A stretch of DNA of 14,181 nt, from the NCBI GenBank assembly GCA_964522265.1, contig CAZFVS010000015.1, positions 292-14,472 of the forward strand. The letters are read 5' to 3'. The DNA is from an uncultured Gammaproteobacteria bacterium (GTDB lineage Bacteria; Patescibacteriota; Microgenomatia; Daviesbacterales; UBA10151). The position numbers and the translations under genes were made by a program. Under the pieces are notes generated by a model that ran no database searches, was not told the origin of the DNA, and worked only from the letters and a program-made list of their open reading frames with translations. How positions within the stretch are numbered: position 1 is the first letter of the stretch; the number at the start of each line of letters is the position of its first letter. Shown in pieces: positions 12,893 to 14,181 of the stretch.

Positions 12893-14059
12893 TTATGGAT
12901 TGCCTATCAGTGTTTTTAAGAGGTTTAAGGTTTTTGTTTGGCGGAGGGCATGGCGAAGATGCATCCTCGGCTCTTCCTGGCTAAATTGAGATTTAATCCG
13001 GGAATCCTGGATCTTATCTATCTCTGAGGAAAGCTCATCATCAGAGATGCTAATTCCTTCCTGTTTGGCAATTTCAGAAAGCCCCAACTCCATCCTAACG
13101 TTTTTTTCTGACTGTGGTTTCCACTCACTTTTTAACTGTTCTGTAGTCTTATTCTGATTCTTTAAATACTCATCCAGCAACATCCCCCTCTCGGTTACTG
13201 TTCTTTGAAGCGACACCAACATCCTGTTTAATTCATCCTGTATTAAAACCTCTGGAATATCAACTTGGGTTATTTTCTCAACCTCCTGGAGTATTGCCTC
13301 TTCAAAATCCAGTTCATTGTTGTATTTGGCCTCATTTTCCAAATCCTGTCTGATTTTTGCTTTTAAATCTACCAGGTTTTCTGCCCCTACTGCTTTGGCA
13401 AAATTATCATCAGGAGCCTCCGAAACCGATGCCGAAACTGCAGGTTGAGATACCACGCTCGGTTGGGCAATCGAAGATCCTGAGCTTACTTGCAGTGAAC
13501 TTGCAGAATCTGTCGAAGAATTAAAACTCATACTCCCGGAAGCCCCCTGTACAGGCTGTTGATTTTCCGACTTCTGAACCTGGGGGTTTTTTAACTTCCA
13601 TCTCTTAAACAATTCATCAATAATTTTATTGACATCTTCACCTGTTACTACCTTAAGAATAGGTCTTTGTACTTTGATTGCTTTATAATCCCGTAAGGTG
13701 ATCACAGGACGCTGGGTAATTTGGGCACTGTATTTAAGCTCAGTTCCCTTTTGAAATGAGATAATTTTGTATTTAGGATAATCAATCGGGATGATATTGC
13801 TGTCTTTCAAAGCCTCAATTAGGGCTTGCGGCATTACTAATTTAAACACCTCATCTGTAAGTTTGCTGCCCAAAGACTGCTCAACCATGACAGTTGGAGC
13901 CTGCCCTTTCCTAAAACCTGCAATCTCTACCTCTTGAGACATTCTGGTTAGAGTTTCATCCCAGGTTTTTTGTATATCTTCCCAAGGTACAGTAATTTCA
14001 ATTTCAACTACAGACTTGGGCTGGTTTACTATATTTTTCGTGATCATATACTTTGTCAT
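12893..14059 (-). CDS. tig: Trigger factor with ribosome-binding N-domain and C-terminal arm domain; PPIase domain absent
   Basis: 388 aa. Signature GFRKGQAP (GFRxGxxP ribosome-binding loop). The C-domain begins at DDNFAKAVGAENLVDLKAKIRQDLE. The start may instead be the ATG at 14047 (MITKNIV...), because the first ATG lies inside a GC hairpin. Confidence 0.9.
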   Translation of the reverse strand: MTKYMITKNIVNQPKSVVEIEITVPWEDIQKTWDETLTRMSQEVEIAGFRKGQAPTVMVEQSLGSKLTDEVFKLVMPQALIEALKDSNIIPIDYPKYKIISFQKGTELKYSAQITQRPVITLRDYKAIKVQRPILKVVTGEDVNKIIDELFKRWKLKNPQVQKSENQQPVQGASGSMSFNSSTDSASSLQVSSGSSIAQPSVVSQPAVSASVSEAPDDNFAKAVGAENLVDLKAKIRQDLENEAKYNNELDFEEAILQEVEKITQVDIPEVLIQDELNRMLVSLQRTVTERGMLLDEYLKNQNKTTEQLKSEWKPQSEKNVRMELGLSEIAKQEGISISDDELSSEIDKIQDSRIKSQFSQEEPRMHLRHALRQTKTLNLLKTLIGNP

Positions 14060-14077
14060 TCCCGCGCAGGCGGGAAT
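14058..14077. repeat. GC-rich perfect hairpin/palindrome ATTCCCGC-GCAG-GCGGGAAT
   Basis: 8 bp stem and 4 nt loop. The left arm includes the A and T of the first tig ATG (14059-14057). It stands out against AT-rich intergenic sequence. Confidence 0.6.
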
Positions 14078-14087
14078 CTATCTTCAT

Positions 14088-14116
14088 AATTTACCAGAAA
14101 CTATGCCTAAAAGCAA
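14088..14116 (-). promoter_or_regulatory. Candidate tig promoter: -35 TTGCTT, 17 nt, TGG-TAAATT
   Basis: TAAATT is the complement of 14088-14093, TGG the complement of 14094-14096, and TTGCTT the complement of 14111-14116. Both hexamers are imperfect. Confidence 0.25.
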
Positions 14117-14181
14117 CGAGTAGAAGAGTAGCTGTTCAGGAGTTTCCAAAAAGTTATGATGTATCCAGGTAAGCAAGATGT

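Noticed and set aside
14084-14181. Possible 3' end of an upstream minus-strand gene at the right edge. Two frames are open from the edge: one ends at TGA 14084-14086, the other at TAG 14107-14109.
   Set aside because: Only 24-32 codons are visible, there is no recognisable motif, and two frames are equally open. It cannot be supported from this window.

Overview
Moderately AT-rich, densely packed bacterial window. All convincing genes but one lie on the minus strand. Transcription order, right to left: tig, rpsU, yqeY-like, a small membrane ORF not in the track, ybeY, dnaX, an acidic ORF, glyA, folD, ybaB, a membrane-anchored PaaX/Cas2-like protein, recR, three consecutive ORFans, cysS, a small Cys-rich ORF, an M16 zinc peptidase, and the 5' part of a glutamate dehydrogenase gene (partial, also not in the track). 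I found no rRNA, tRNA, CRISPR array, transposase or integrase. TAA, TAG and TGA all act as stops, so the standard bacterial code appears to hold. The small unidirectional housekeeping genes, a trigger factor without a PPIase domain and a membrane-anchored PaaX-like protein suggest a reduced-genome uncultured bacterium (Patescibacteria/CPR-like); this is inference only. The parts worth a second look are: (1) a ~1.16 kb module (5959-7118) splitting the conserved ybaB-recR pair, holding a plus-strand ORF whose ATG sits at the predicted +1 of a perfect TTGACA-N16-TATAAT promoter, convergent with the PaaX/Cas2-like gene, which is bracketed by ~30 bp imperfect direct repeats with palindromic cores; (2) a self-contained three-ORFan cassette (3957-5332) between recR and cysS; (3) recurrent leaderless or near-leaderless promoter geometry alongside strongly SD-led genes; (4) a trigger factor with the PPIase domain replaced by an S/Q-rich linker; (5) a ybeY whose conserved N-terminus lies upstream of the first canonical start and overlaps the stop of the small membrane ORF. 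No function can be assigned to the ORFans from sequence alone.
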